NCBI GenBank assembly: GCA_965285935.1
Contig: OZ260664.1
Coordinates: forward strand, 92,442,001-92,506,000
Length of the DNA: 64,000 nt
From: Ophelia neglecta
Lineage: Eukaryota
Reading direction: 5' to 3'
The notes under the pieces are model-generated. The model was not told where the DNA came from, did no database searches, and saw nothing but the letters and a program-made list of their open reading frames with translations. Positions 35,986 through 51,101 of the stretch are shown here, piece by piece. Within the stretch, counting starts at the first letter, position 1. Each line of letters opens with the position of its first letter. A program made the position numbers and the translations under genes.

Positions 35986-37404
35986 ATTTAACAGAGCATA
36001 TTCATCTTTCGACCAAATACCTTTTTTTTCTTGTCAGCAAATATATTATTTCTTTATCGGTATAATTAATGGTACAGGCAAGGCGAATCTACCATTGATG
36101 ATTTCGTCTTGTAGGGTGCTTTAATGACCAGGGTGCGAGATCTTCTCAAATCCATTTATTGTATATTAAATGTAAAAGGAAAGGTAATGGATGTTTTAAA
36201 ATAGCGCAAAAGTCAGTTTTCATAACCTGTTAGGCCCGCACGCCGCACAATAATTCACCTTCGAACAACAAAAATGTACTTAACTATATGTATATTTTTA
36301 AGTTACATATGCTTATTCCGATATGAAAATTTGAGATGGTTGAATTATTACTAAATAAACAACCTGAACAGATTCATCATATCAAAACGGGCTAAATAGT
36401 GTTCGCATTCCTTTAATGTTGACATAAATACAAATATAATGGCTGTTCGTCACATTTAAAATTTTCGATATTACTTAGGTTAAAATTGTTTTGTTTGTAA
36501 CTAATTAAGTTGTCAACATTCCCTGCCATTTCAAAACGTTTTGCTTAACTTAATTGGTCACTACATGAAAATTTACTGGATGTCCTGCATAATACACACA
36601 TTATTTGGTTCATACAATATTGAACTAATAACAAACAGGACCATGACACCTATATACGACACACCAGTCCCAGGCCATTGACCTGTTCCCCCATGTCCAG
36701 ACAGAAGAAAGTGTGCGCGGTTTATTGCATGTGTACCCTAGGAATCAAAGTAGGGGCAATGGCCGCCTCGTACGCAATTAAGTGTATTGAGACAGTTACA
36801 AAGACCTGGGTAGAATGATGAGATTGCCGATTTAAGCAAACAGGAATTGTAAAACACAGACAATATGCCCGCTGGTCCTATTCAATTGATTGCAAAAAAA
36901 CCATCTTTTGCTGTAAAAAAAACCATGTGATATCCTTGGAAAGGAAGTACATGTAGTGTTTAAACAACACTGGCTTTGTGGCAGACGCCTCTTAGACGCA
37001 ACACATATTTATCGACTGTTTCACCCTAGTGAGTATGTATTTGAAAAATCGCACTATCTTCGGATAAATAAACACGTATACACCCGACTTAAGAAGTGTT
37101 AACATTTTAAAAATCCCTGTTTATTTCCGGCTCCGAAGAACTTTGTCTCGAAGCAATCAATCTGCTCGAAACAAAATTATCTACTTATGAGTGAGACTCA
37201 GATACTAGATGCTAATTGTTGAAAACGTAGCCCAGCGGATCAAGTTTGGGTCAGGGGTAAGGGTTAAAGATGCAATGTTTCAGGTAAGTTGTTAGGAAAG
37301 CCCTTCTTCTAACCTTATGACATACCTACCTGAATAAAATTTCTTCTAATCTGTGTATCTAGTATTTCCCTTGTATTTAGTATCAGGTTTTACAGTTTGC
37401 TGCT

Positions 37405-38488
37405 TTTCGGTGTCAGACGTGGTTAAATATGTTTACGAAGCGGTGTGCACCTCGAATGGGATCGGGTACTCCATGGAAACTGACGCAATGCGCAATAAAC
37501 AGTCTCAGGACGTCTTCCATTGAGGCACCATCCAGCAAACCGTTAAATGAGATATTTAATACATTTTATTTAGATAGTTTTAACCTGGTGTGTAATATTA
37601 TTAGGTTCCCTAGCTGAAAGGTCACCCCTACTCAAAACACAAGAATAGCAAGATTCCGGGAATTTTCTTTTTTGGCGTGTTATAACCTATGATTTTTAGG
37701 CAGGTTCCCTGGTATACCAGGATTTCTAGAACCATAAGTACAAGTGTTTCCAGACCAAGGGACAGCGGGATTTATTAAGGCTTGCATATTTAGTCCAGGA
37801 TTGACCTCCAGCAAGGAATTGACAACGGAATTCCTGCCGAGTTTTTGCAACAAAGTTTATGGGTCCCGTAGGATGAGTCAAGGCCGGGGTTTCTTCAAAT
37901 GATGTTTGAATTATTCTCTTGTGCGCAGGAAAAGGCTGGCTTCTGTCAATTAACATTTAGTAACATTAAGTGGATGACAACAGTCCTCCAGAGTTCCTCA
38001 ACCATGGCCTCAACAACACCCTCGCAGCGTGCAATGCTAGAGTTTACCATTACCACAGATGCCACCTCCTTAGTATTCTATGTTGCGGCCTCGGCAACCC
38101 TCCAAAAACATCCTCAGAAACCTGAGCCTTGGCAACCACCTCGCAAAGGTGTACGACAACATCGGCAGCATTCCACCGTGTCGTAAAGACAAGGTTATCA
38201 TTAACAACAGCATCAAGGACCAGTACGACGTGCAGAGAATTATGAAGATGGTCTAGATCCAAAAAAGAAAGTAGCTAGCAAAGAAATATGGCAAGGGAAG
38301 CTTATTTTGTCTGTTGGATATTTAATGAACATAATATGTAGGCGTGATGATAAGTTGTTTTCTTTAATTTGTGTTATTTTGCAGCCACTGATTGAGTGCA
38401 ACCAGTTGACTTTGAGGCTTATCCAAGGCCTGTTGGTAAGGAAGAAATCAAGCTGAAGCAGAATATATAAATGTTGCTGTCAGAATAG
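37405..38488 (+). pseudogene. Spliced pseudogene of an unidentified gene, copy A
   Basis: Homologous to 51102-51470. Exon 1 has a frameshift and TGA (37521) where copy B has CGA, and the donor is eroded (GTTAAA, 37542). Acceptor at 37927-37928. A Q/P-rich exon with stops runs to ~38290. A further exon at 38385-38488 has good splice sites but stops. Confidence 0.6.
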
Positions 38489-39544
38489 GTAAGGAAAGGT
38501 AAGATTGCGCAATTTTACATGTGTATCCTCTTTGCATGTGGATTGTGATCGCATGGAATGCAACGGGAAATAATGCTGAGTACTTTACATCTTCACTGTA
38601 ACCGATTTTTAACTGTTACAACATCCGTACTCTTAAATCTTGCTCCTTCATTGTTCATCACCAGTGCATTGAACAACTAAAGATTGTCCACAGTCTCGTT
38701 TGGAACCCTCACCATAGCGCAACCGATACGTAGTTTGTTTTCCCATATGGTTTCAGGAACTTTGTATGATTTACTGAGCGTGAAAAGCACTTGACAGGTC
38801 GAGTAAGAAAATTACATTATCTATACCATTTGAAGCGTCAATGTTAATCTATATACCTCTATTACATAAATATTGTAATGAATTGTATCCTTTATGGTTT
38901 GCCTACGATATTTAGGGTATATTGATTTGAAACTCATTCATTCAACGTATATGACTTTGACGTGAGCATGAGCTACGGTTCCCATGGTAACATATGTAGG
39001 CAAATACTGTCGAATGTATGTCAGAAGGTGTAGCTAGGTGTCGAAACGTGTTGAATTGAATAATTACTGAGTAGTAAATTCTGTCTATGGCAATAAACAC
39101 AACCTTCGGGGGCTTTAGGTGGTAGCTGTATGTGGCAAAAGTGGTTGATTGATGACACACATCTGAAGAATTTGTTATAGAAAGAACATTAGTCATGTTT
39201 TTACCAAAATGTGTAACTGCCGGTCCTTTAACAAATCGGTCATTCAATCGTATTTTTAAGTGAGGAGTGTAAAAATGTGCGACGAAAACAATCCCCAAAA
39301 TTGGTCCCCATTGGCGTCTTAACGTTTTTTTTCTAAATGGAAATTAAAAACCCACTTTTTATTCAGGCTTATAATTGTTGATCTGCAATGTACTGGGAGG
39401 CCTAACGTTCCTGCAATTGGACCGCAAACCAACTCTCATCACAAGCCGGTTTTTGTTCTGATGCTCAATTGACACATCAAGGACAGAAATTGCTAAAGAT
39501 TCCATGAGCATTGCCTGGTGCTGTTTCTGTCCAAAAATCAACCT

Positions 39545-39616
39545 TTTATTTCATCTAAATATTTAGGAACCGTTGTTCAATTCTTTATTCAATCTAAATA
39601 TTTAGGAACCGTTGTT
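39545..39616. repeat. Tandem duplication, 39-bp period
   Basis: ATCTAAATATTTAGGAACCGTTGTT at 39553 and 39592. Confidence 0.92.
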
Positions 39617-39820
39617 GGAACATGTGTATGATTTTTTCGTCTGCACTTGATAACCGACAACGAAGACCAATTGACTAAATGCCACATAAATCTTAGCAAT
39701 AAAATGTTTTTAGTTTTGACCAATCTGATAATGTTTATTAGTTATGCTAATTCAATGTGGAATGATAACCCTACGCCAAGAAGTCATCTTCAACTCAGGT
39801 CTGCTCTGTTTATCTTGCAG

Positions 39821-39878
39821 CTTAACTCTGCCAAGACTCAGTAACGCTTCAAACGAGAACTTTCCGGTCATGACATAG
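39821..39878 (+). other. Candidate 58-nt exon (non-coding or pseudogenic)
   Basis: Strong acceptor TTTATCTTGCAG and donor AG|GTAAGT. Stop codons in all three frames. Confidence 0.3.
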
Positions 39879-42800
39879 GTAAGTAGCCGACCAGTTGGCG
39901 CAGAGCACTCTGGAAGACGAATGTATGTCCGTATCGACTTAATTTGTTTTTGCGAAAGCTGAAGTGATAACAGGCAGCCGATAAGGGCTTCTGGCTGCAC
40001 ATAATTAAATCTGGTCTCAATTAGTTCGTGAACTGTTTACTCCGAGCAACACTAAGCTGGCTCAGGAGAACGCCTTGATAAAATATAACGTCATGTCAGA
40101 TCGAAAATCCACATGTTTCAATGTGCAAATCGAAATGTGATGCACACTTTTGAAATGTGAATTTTCGAAGCAAGTTTTCAGCAGTGACGCCCCGTTAACT
40201 TCTTGAAGGATGTGCATGACTAAGGTTATTAATTGTAACCAGCTTATTTAAAGTGATGCAGCTTGGAATTGGTGTTTGTGAATTGTAGCTGATGCATTAT
40301 AATCGGTTCGGACCGATTTGATGAAATATTCTTGAAATATCACGATTTACTTTGTCTGTTCGGTCTGCAATTCAGGTTTATTATTATTATTATTTTGCTT
40401 GAATATTTTTATTTTGTCGCCGGGGCTTGTCGAATCTTTTTATCAACACCTCCGGGTGGTGAACAACATCTACAAGCACCGTCTATTTTTTCAGCAAAAG
40501 GTAATCAAAGCAGACTAAAGGTCGTTTCCAACTCATTGACGACAGACCCTTTTAACACCATCTGGCACACTTTATATGTTACCAAGTGCAAAACGCTGTA
40601 CGATCAAGTCTTATCGCTACTATGGGCTTCCCTCTTTCCCAACCGCTATGCGCTGCTTTAAGATTCTATGCAGAGTAGTGAGCAATTGCTTCTATATAAG
40701 GTTTCATTTCAATTGTTTATGATGTTGTCATGCCTCGAATTCTGAACTCCGAACTGAACAATTCGCTATTTCTGTAACATTGTTTTCCATATATGCGTAA
40801 ACACCCATACAGCGTGCTCATTATACTTTTATGTGTGTCGCATAAAATATCTGTTATTTCTATTTTTTCTGACTACATTTGTACCGTGCTTTTTTTAATT
40901 ACCAGGTATGTACTTAGTCCTCAAATTCTATTAGTTTGGAAAGCGGGAAATGTATAAAGTATGAACATAGAATATATCTTTTGCATGCGATTATCTATAA
41001 ATCAAACGCCTGGCCAAAAACATATGCCTAATGTTCAGTAAAAAATATAAGTGTCAGTGTCCAATTATTTGCATTCAACAGTGTCCACATATATCCAAAT
41101 GCCTCCTGCTGAATACGTCCTATGGCAAGCGAAATCAAATATCAGTGTGTATTATAACTCTCGGTGCAATATAAGTACACTCATGGTGATGGAAATAGAG
41201 ACTTATTTTAACCGGTAATAGTTCCTGTTGAACTCGGACCGAAATATTTCTGTGCCGGGTATTGTTTCCCCTTTTTGTCAGAAACAGGGAGTAACCATAA
41301 TATTACAATTCTCCAAGAGAATTGATCCTATCAATATATTATACGAGAAAAGTGGAAATACTATTGCCTGATATGCATGCAGTGGTATTTGGTCCAAACT
41401 TTCCAATATACGATGAATTCTCACTCAGAAGCGAGTAAAAAAGTCTTTATAGCTGCAATATTGGCCTGAAAATCTCGGCTTGTGTCATTATCTATACCAA
41501 GTGCCGGAACGCGTTATTCATAAAGAGAGCGCAAATCGCATAGCAATAGAAGTGGGTAGAAATGGAACCAATTTCTTTGTATTGTTTGCTAAATACAACA
41601 ATAAAATGTTGTTTACAAGTACTGCAACATGACATACTTTCATCTCGGGTGAAAAACCAGTCGTTTATAAAATGCTGATACTGGTGGTTGATATCCTAAA
41701 CTAGCACACATAAGTGACATGTTGTGTTTCGCAGTAAGCTATACATGTAATAATTAAGGAGGTTTTCCTTTTAAGCTTAGATGGAGATTTCGAGAGCAAC
41801 TGGTATCTATAAGCGGAATGTTGTGTTGATTTATAAAACTACAATTCCATTTGGATTCGCGTGTAATCAGATGAAAGATAATTAGTTTCATTTCACCCAT
41901 TACAGAGTGTCGATGCAAGTTCCCTCGGGCCATAACCAAACAAATATGATAGTGCATTAACTTAAACTTGTTACAAGAAAAATTAACATAGCAATATAGG
42001 TCAGCAGGCTAATAAGCGAATCAGGTTTAAAAAGTATAACCCTGCACTGTATAAACCATGTTAAGTCAAGGTTCCTGGCTGGTACTTATTCAACACAATT
42101 TTCCTCTTGCCATTTATTTTATCGGGTGCATTGCACACAGTTCTCATAGAGATTGCCTATTTAAATACAAAGGGAACTGCTGCAAGATATTAAAGGATGC
42201 CGAGGTCATTTGTCTAGAGATGTCTAAGTAGAACAAAAAAATCAGACGATCGTTCCCAAATGTCCTTGTTCGACTGGCGTGTCAAAAAAAGAGGACAATA
42301 ATCGATTGATTTGCCCCATTGGTATTAAGTGTCATTGAAATATCCTATCCGTTCAAGGCCAATAGGAGATGCCGCCTTTGACCAGTGGCCTGAACCATCA
42401 TTACTTCCGCTTGATGACGACGTATAGGGAACGTAATCATCCGGTCAACATAACAGCCAAGCTTATATACCAGCAGTAACTTAGCAAGTATCAATGAACG
42501 TTCAAATGATCATGTTCAGTTATAAATGGCTTCACCTCGAGTGACTCTTATAAGGGTAGCGTCGAATCTCGTGCCCAGCACAATTTCTGGGATGAAGTCT
42601 AGTTGGGTCTGACTAGCTGAGCGTGAGAAAACGATATCTGAAAATGGCTTGTTTATCAACGAAGATTTTTAGCATTGCTAGTCCAAAGCCCATCCAAAGT
42701 ATGTTCTTGCAATGTATGAACAAAGACATTATACTCTTCCCCTGATTTCATTGTGTGATGGATCCGATGTTTTTGCTAAAGCAATGAACCTCGTATTCAC

Positions 42801-45800
42801 TTGGTGCTATATTGTTCAGGTGTAAGTATTGTAGCTCACAAATAACACACGTTTATAGCAGGTATGCGTACTTAAATACTGATTCGAAGAGAATGGTCAT
42901 GAGCGGGCATCCTGTAAAAATTCGACAGTATGCAAACATTGAGTGCCGTGGTTAAAATATCCGCAAGAATCACAAATGAACTATGGACTATAACTTCAGA
43001 CGTATTCAATGGGGGTTCCACTCCGGGACCCCAAAATACGTTTACACCGGTATTTGCTTTCACCGAAATTATCAGTGGCCCATACACTAACTTGCAATAA
43101 ACGTGGGTTCTGTATGAAAAGCACCTTATCACTATAAGGGTTACTTAGTTTCTATGATGGCCCGTTCTACTCCATCACGCTTTTCATGCTTTCGAATGTA
43201 AGGTCCGAAGCGCTCTGATATACCAATAGTGTGATCTATCGGGTTCTACAAGAATAATAAATTAAGGAACACACAGTGAACCTAAAACCAACCCCAATAA
43301 AATCTGACAGAGGATAACAGTTAACCGTTATGGGTGACCTTATAAGTGAAATAGGTTGTATACGTTTTCTAGAGATTGTAACCACATGGCATTGAACCCG
43401 TCATAGTATATTCCGGAATAGAACAGCATTGCTGTATCACAAACGTGGCTAAAAATATACAAATATTTGACTATAAGAGGCAGATATGTCTACCCGGTAT
43501 GCTGGACACAGGAAAGTAGCAACAATTAGAAAGGAAAAGTCGCAAATGTATCATGAATAAGCATCTTCGAACCCATTTAAAAACCTTTTAAGATGCACTA
43601 AAAGTTTATGTAATTCTGACCAGGTATTTTAAAATAATGAGTACACTATCAGCTAGCATTTACAATCAGCTATAATACATGGTAAGATGGCTACTTTTAT
43701 CATTTTAAAGTATTTTCTTTATGTAAATACGAGGTGTCCATTGCCATTCAGGATTAGGTCATAGGGTTTAACATAATTTTCCTAATTCATGATTAAGATT
43801 ATATTAGTTATATTTTTGTTTTGTAAAAGAAAACAATGCATAGCATAGCAAGATTCCACTCGCGTTTTTGTAAGAAAGCAGTCCTTCGCCGTCTGATGAA
43901 GAAGCTGTTGGCACTCATTTTCGTTGTATCCATTTTTCAAAAGGCACATCGTCCTCCATCGTTCTCTAAAAGCTTCTCCGTGTGTGTGTGTCGGTGTAAA
44001 AACAATATTTATCCATATGATTTGATCCCACAAGTGAGTACATCAATCAGTGTGTCTGCGTACATAGCAGTCCATGTTCTTGAATGGGTATATGAAGAGT
44101 ATTGATGTAGCCTTTGAAGTAATTCTAGGTAAGAAAACGTACATAATGATTACTTAATACTGAATAAGTTGTTGCAGACGATGATGCTACCCTGGCAAGT
44201 GCGAAATCCAGACAAAGATTTAAGTACTGTACGTCGGCATGGTCGATTTATCTGCTTTGTTATTGAATTCAGACATGCCTCATTCGTATTAATTTGGTGG
44301 AATGTCACTAGTGGTAGTCGAATCAGGCAGGGTTATTAAATGAATAAACAGTGCATTTCAATAAATCTATTGTTTTTCTCTAAAGGACTGGGCTGACTCT
44401 TTTTGATAGGCTCATGTAATGAGATATTTGAATTAATTTTGTCGTTCAGACGAAGTCGATGCTTAATATTTAAGACTCTTTTTTTCATTTGATCATAAAA
44501 CGAAAATAAATTGTTCATAGCTTGAAGGCTATCGAAGATAAATAATGTGTTTATGTAACGTCGTGACAAGGGTTGCCCATAGCTGTGTTATATCAAATCA
44601 CTCCACTCACCAGAACAGTGGCTTGCTTTCCTTGTTATCTTCCCTTGGGATGAAGTGATGTGCCCAAGCCTCGGACATATCGATTGTGTAATTGAAATCC
44701 GGAGGTTATAAGAACTATGTATCGATCCACTTATAAATTGGGCCAACGTTCTCAAGATACGCTATCCCGTGTCAAAGGTTGAATAGCATGCTTGATCTGA
44801 GCAGTGGAATGGCGCCGAATTATTTGATGCTGTTTGAGCAGCATGCTAATGGACCGTTGAGCCTCAATTGCCCCAGATTCGTTTTATTAATCTTTCTGGC
44901 AGAAGTACAAACCTAAAAAGAATATACAATGCAAAAAAAAAGAAAAAAAAAACATATTGGACACATTGACTTTTCCTTAGTATATATTGGGTATATACGG
45001 CTATGGCTATAATTAAAATAAAGATTGTTCTAATACGGTTTCTAATACTTCCATATCTAACAAATAGATCTAATAATTTATCTACATATATATGATCGGA
45101 TGATTTTAAATCGATGCAGACGCCTTACTACTGGTAACTAAATAAATAATTACATGTTGAACAACTTATTATCGGGCATTTAACGCAAACATTCGTTGCT
45201 TCTGAGGCGTTGTAATTGTGGTGATAATATTTGCTTGAAGACCACTCTATTTTGTCCACCTGCACTTAAATTTTAAATACTCAACTGAAATTCGCCTTCC
45301 ACTAAGCCCAGTAAAACTGTACCTTTCATGAACCTAAAGCAAAAAAATGAATAATACCCATACATAAGTTAGATAAGGTATTATATGAGCAGCGCTGCAG
45401 TTGGCAAATGAACGCTGATTTAGATTCAACCCCCCTTAAAATCGGTACCATTGGTCCAGTATGATACAAAGTACATAAAGGATATAAGCATCAAACAATT
45501 AGACAATTAAGATGCAATATTGCCAGCCTTTGTCTCTTGGCTTCGGGTTGCTTAAAACTCAATGTGTACAGCGTCAACAAGGGTTTGACAAAGCATTGGG
45601 CCAACAGGAAAATTAAACATCTTGTTTAGGTATTATTCGTGAAATGATAACATTCATGACAGCATATTACGGTAAAAGGTAACATCAGAACAATCACAAA
45701 ACCTGTTCAATGCACAGCACATGCGTTACGCTGACCTAAAACAATGAAAATGAAAATAGCTGACCATTTCCGGCATGCCCCTACATAAATCGTATTAATC

Positions 45801-47954
45801 CCATGCCCTTTTCTTGGATGGTGCATTACAGCTAATGCTAATCAATAGGTTTCCACGCTTTTCTCTCTTGGCTTTGAAATTTCCATCGACTTGATTGCAT
45901 TACTCGCCGCGGTCGTTGACCATACGGCCGCAACCTCATAAGTTTGATCTCCTACCGAATGAAAGTTTCAAGGCCAGTAGCTATGCGCTTCTGTCTGCAC
46001 TGGATTTGTTGAGAGTTCATCTGGAGTACGGATTCAAACATTCCCTATAGAGTATAGAGCAAAGCACAACAAAGCAAGCTTTTAAAGCGAGTTCAAATAT
46101 GTCATATAAAGGAGTAAACCTAACTTTTTCATGTTTTTTTTCAAACATTGGACATTTGCTGGTGATTGCAAGGCATTAACTTCCGTGCCAACCAGTCTAA
46201 AATTACGGCGGACAAATATACAATCAAGGATATTTTGTATTGGCCACCACACAATTGTAACACATCACTAGCGCCGAAAGTAATCCGCCAGAATTCTCAA
46301 ACGTGCCTTATCAATGTCCAAATATTCCTAACAACAGCGTAAGATTTATATGTTTACACAAGAACAGCAAACTCCCTGAAACAACATAGATATAATACAG
46401 GATATTGGATAAAATCTGCATTGATCCAATGGCCGATATGTACCCTAAAGCCAGTCTGTTATTGTGATATCAAATTTATGTATTCATTATCTACAAGTTG
46501 ATTTACTGTTTGGGAGCTGGAGATGATGAAGCTAATTTATTGCTATGAGTTGGGCATTGGCCACTGGTTCCTGTTGATTTCAGACCCACATAATGGACTG
46601 TACTTCAATAATGGTTTGGCTTTATGAGCCCCTGTATCCACTACCGATTTTCTACACTCACCTTATATAACTAATGTTAATATTTTCAGGTTTGTGGTTT
46701 CTACAATTTTAAGCTTGCGTCTGTGGGATTTCCACACCGATTTTTTTGATATGCATAACTTTGAAAAAACAATTTTTGAAAAGAATTTATTCGTTACCTA
46801 AACGAATCCTTGTTATGTGTCGACCCTTTTAGCATTGCATGTGACAATTTATTATATTACAGAGTAAGTTGCTCGTTGATATATATCGTTAGATCATTCC
46901 TGAAATTAACATAGGTTTTAATTGGTCTGCATGGAACAACTTGATTAAATTACGTTGTTTCAAACGCGTAACCATTTATCGAAGTATTGTAAAGACTCCA
47001 TTAAGTTGATATCTGTCGTTCACACCTATCATTAAATCAGTCAAGCCATGTCAGTTGCACACACTCTTGTATCAATTGAATTATCTGACCCTATTCATGC
47101 ATTGACTGACTATTAAATTACATTAAGTATCAATTTGGCAAAGGAAAGACAATCAGCCATATTAAAAAAACTCGAATATAATCTATTCAGAGAACGGACC
47201 AATTTAACGAAGTGTTTGGGGTACATAAACCAAATCTCCGTCACACGAAATTCTATTATAATGCATTATATGTCATTATAGTTCCTTCTATCCCCCGGCT
47301 GAACGCTGTTGGGAGCCCACTGAATGAAATGGTATTGCGTGCATAGAACACCAACTTTAGAGTTGTGAGGTTTAGATGTATTAGGATGATTCGCAGCAAG
47401 AAACGTCCCTTTATGGCCGATAAAAAAACAATTTAATTCATCTCATTTTCACATTAATTAGTATCTTAAGGATATGTGGAAAGATGATGCGTATTGCTAT
47501 TAATAAACATGCCATACGTGAACGCCAAATAATGTGATCAGATGAAAAAAATATAAAAGCAGCAATTTCATTCCATCGTTGGTAAATAAAACTTTTAAAA
47601 ATAAAACATCATCAAACTAGGTATTAAGGCTAATAAGACCAGCGATGTTAATTCAAAACCATTGAACATGTTCACTTTTTTTACAGTTTCTTGTTATATG
47701 TCTAATTTCATGTGTTATTCTTTTTTTGTTTCTCAGTATATTTTTTAATGTATTGGTAGTTTCACAACGTTAGTAAGCAAGTAATATGTTGTTTTCCCCT
47801 GAGAACCTCAAAAAAAAAATATTCAGGTATTGTGGGAAGGACAATAGACTCCATAAGTATAAGTGGTACCACCGGGGTAAAAACATTCGAAAAACATTGA
47901 TTTCTTACACGAGGCAGTTTATGTTTTTTTTAGGAAAATAACAATATGACACCT

Positions 47955-48255
47955 TTAGTTCTACAGCACCATATCACATGAATATGCCTTATGGCACTTC
48001 GCAATAAATCGGAAACTATAGCATTGCCCTACATTAAAAGTATTAATACTTAATACCACCTTAATACTTGCAATAAGATATATTTATATGTATGTTGTTA
48101 TCAGGCCTATCCTAATCACATAATCTTTATTTGTGATCTTAAACAGGTTTAATTTGCCTAATGTCTAATATCTACCGGGAGTTTATTTAATGCCTCTGGT
48201 ACTGCAAATATCAACGCTCCATTGCCTTCAGATTTGGTAGTAACTAACGAATCGC
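47955..48255 (-). mobile_element. Decayed L2-clade LINE 3' fragment
   Basis: Translation TKSEGNGALIFAVPEALNKLPVDIRH*..NLFK matches the L2 ORF2 end (GxRAFSxAAPxLWNxLPxxIR...FK). The downstream stem-loop AGTGCCATA...TATGGTGCT (47965-47998) resembles the L2 3' hairpin. Confidence 0.6.
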
Positions 48256-51101
48256 AAAATATCCCAGAGAAAGATGGGCGTGCCAACCCGGTGAGATACC
48301 CTGGGCCATGAACATGAACACCTCCCCCGAGTACTCTCCCCCGAGGAGGAATAAAGATATTAATTAAACACCCTTTGGACAAGCAGGAACAGGTTAAAAA
48401 AAACACTGGCAGCTATTGCAGGGATCTGAGTTTGTGAGTGATGGGATCCCACTTGATTCAACAACAACCTATTATATGTTAAATTCTTGACTAGCTGCAA
48501 CAGGCATTGATAAAAATTTCAATTTTTAAATTTTCAAAGTTTATTTACTGTCACTAAAGCTTGGGTTTGATATTTGTTTTCCAACGACTGTTTGTTCTTG
48601 ATTATTTCAGAGAGATTTATTACGTACGCGGGGTTTTTATCATAACAGGGCAAGGCAAGAAGTGCAAGCCCTTCCCAAGCATATGAATCGCATGGCAAAA
48701 TAGAAAAAAAACGCATCATAAGTTCCTCGTGTGACTTAATTAAATGATTGAAAATTAGAGTTAATGATACAATAATTTTTGCATAAGTTAATAACATTAC
48801 CGGAGCCTTCACATTTTATAGTTGTAACTAACGTTACGGCCATTTGTGACCGAATTAATCAAATTCAAGAGAATTATTGTTATAATATTCTTATTTAACC
48901 AGAAAGCACTCTTATTTAGTGTTAATTGTTAAATTTCATGAATCTGGTTTTCATATTTCATGATAAAACTCATATTTTGCTTGATATGGCGCTCATTAAC
49001 TAACACAGAAGGAGACCATTTTGAGTCTAGGCAACTTATATAATATTGTATGCCAATAGTCCACTCCTTTGGCCACCCGACTTCGTCAATCACTTCAAGC
49101 AACAGACAGCTCCACAGGGAGACATAACAATCCCAAGGCTTGGTTACGATACATTTCCACTAGCAATACATCATTTCAAATGGCTGACAAAAGTTATTAG
49201 TGGCACACTGGGGAAAACGCATCTTGGAGGATGGTGCTTTTTGGCGACATGAAATGCGACTTTTCATTTGAGCTTAAAAGGAAAATGAACAAAACGACAC
49301 ATACATAGGAAGCTTTATTCTAAAGGTATGATAACATGACGGATTATTTTAAATCGGAATCGTCAGGATACCTACATTATCAAAGGAAACGTTTGAATAT
49401 TGTAAACTACTGGCACTTGGATTCGGCCATACACCACGACAACGCGCTGGTCCTGTAGCAGTTTTAAAAAATGTTTTCATACCAAACGTTAATAAACCTA
49501 CAAGTTTGATGGCTTATATGCCGACTTACAATGCTTGTTTAAGTAGAGTTCCGTCTTTCGGTGCGTTAAGATCTTTCGTTGTATGTCTTTCGTTAGGAAT
49601 GGGATATGTTATTGATCCAACAGTTTGCTCATTTCTTATCTTAATGACTCTTGAACAGGCGTATTGTGTTAGGGCAAACACCTAAAATTTTAACAGTAAT
49701 CTAAATCATATCATCCATTCGTTCTCGGCATAAAACTAGCTTTAAAAGACGGGAGTAGATATATCCGGGCGACAAACTACTATTTTATCAGGAAAGTCAT
49801 ATAAAAAGGCCAGAAATGATCAGTCCAAAAATGCTAATCTTCAGCAATCCAACCCTTAATTAATTTGGGGTAAGAATAGTAATAATGAGTATTCAACAGA
49901 ACTCGGAGATGCAAGTCAAAGCCGTTTCTTGATTATATTCGCCAGTGCGTGTCAACATGGGGATATGATAGTTTTACAAATGATTGTACTCTCTGCGTCA
50001 TTAAAATTGGATTGAAGCCTAATAATAGTATTTACGAGTCTAAACTACAAACAGCATTTGGTATTAAAGGTTGTCTTAATGGTTATAATTTCAAATACAT
50101 TGCCCAACACCGCAAGTAGTTCGATTCGTCAGCATATTGCAATACTGGAGGGCTAAGGGGTGTAAGGTCAGGGACGATTAACAAGGAGCGTCAATTCGTA
50201 GAAAAAAAGTGCTGATGAAAAACGATACCCCAAGGAAATACTGCGAAAGGGACTGACAAAATCCTCCTTCATTTCACAGTGGGGAATCCTGATTGGTTAT
50301 AAACACGTGACTCTAATTATAATTTTAAAGAACCAGTCACTTCCAAGGTAAATCACCAATGTCCCTTTAAGGGGTGCTTATGGTACGGCTCGTAAAAGTT
50401 TAAAGCCAGTTACTTGCTGATTCACTAGAATAACAAACCACTAAATTAACGGAAAAGTAACACATAACAGGTCTGCACTTGTCAAACTGGCTCATCTTAA
50501 AGCCTCGGAATATGTGTCAACAAAATTGCAATGATATAACAGCACCTATCAAACCTGGTAAATCATTATCCCTAAATCGTGGAAACCCATTAGCAAAAAC
50601 AGGAAGGAAGGCCTTCAATTTTTATCAACATTTAAATACATTATGACCCCTTAGTTTGGTCTAGAAGACCAAGTGGGTTTGATGTAGATTTCCCCGTATT
50701 CGCAGTTTCTGTTGACCTCGGGCCCATTAAGAGGAATTTTTTCGAGCAAAGTTTATATTAAATAAAACCTCATCTGGCTTATGGGACAATTTTCCATTTT
50801 TCCAGATAACTATTACATCTATTTGTCTAACTTAAAAAAGGAGACGAGAGAGAAAACCCGGCAATCAAAGTAAACTAACTAAATATATGTCACGACTTGA
50901 CAACCTTGGAATCCATCGTGCATTACGGGTTTCAATATTCAATCAATTTGTTTACTGGAATTCGCATCATGGAACACTGGGCGAATAATAATTAAAAGTG
51001 ATATTAATTTTATGATTCATACACCCGGCAGAAAAAAAGTTACGCACTTCCCGATGAGGCAGTGATCCTGATATTTGCGTAATTCTTCCGCCCGCACTCG
51101 A

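Noticed and set aside
43836-44105. ORF with a signal-peptide-like MKKLLALIFVVSIF and a GTGAGT donor
   Set aside because: No homology, it includes a (GT)n run, and no supporting downstream exon was found.
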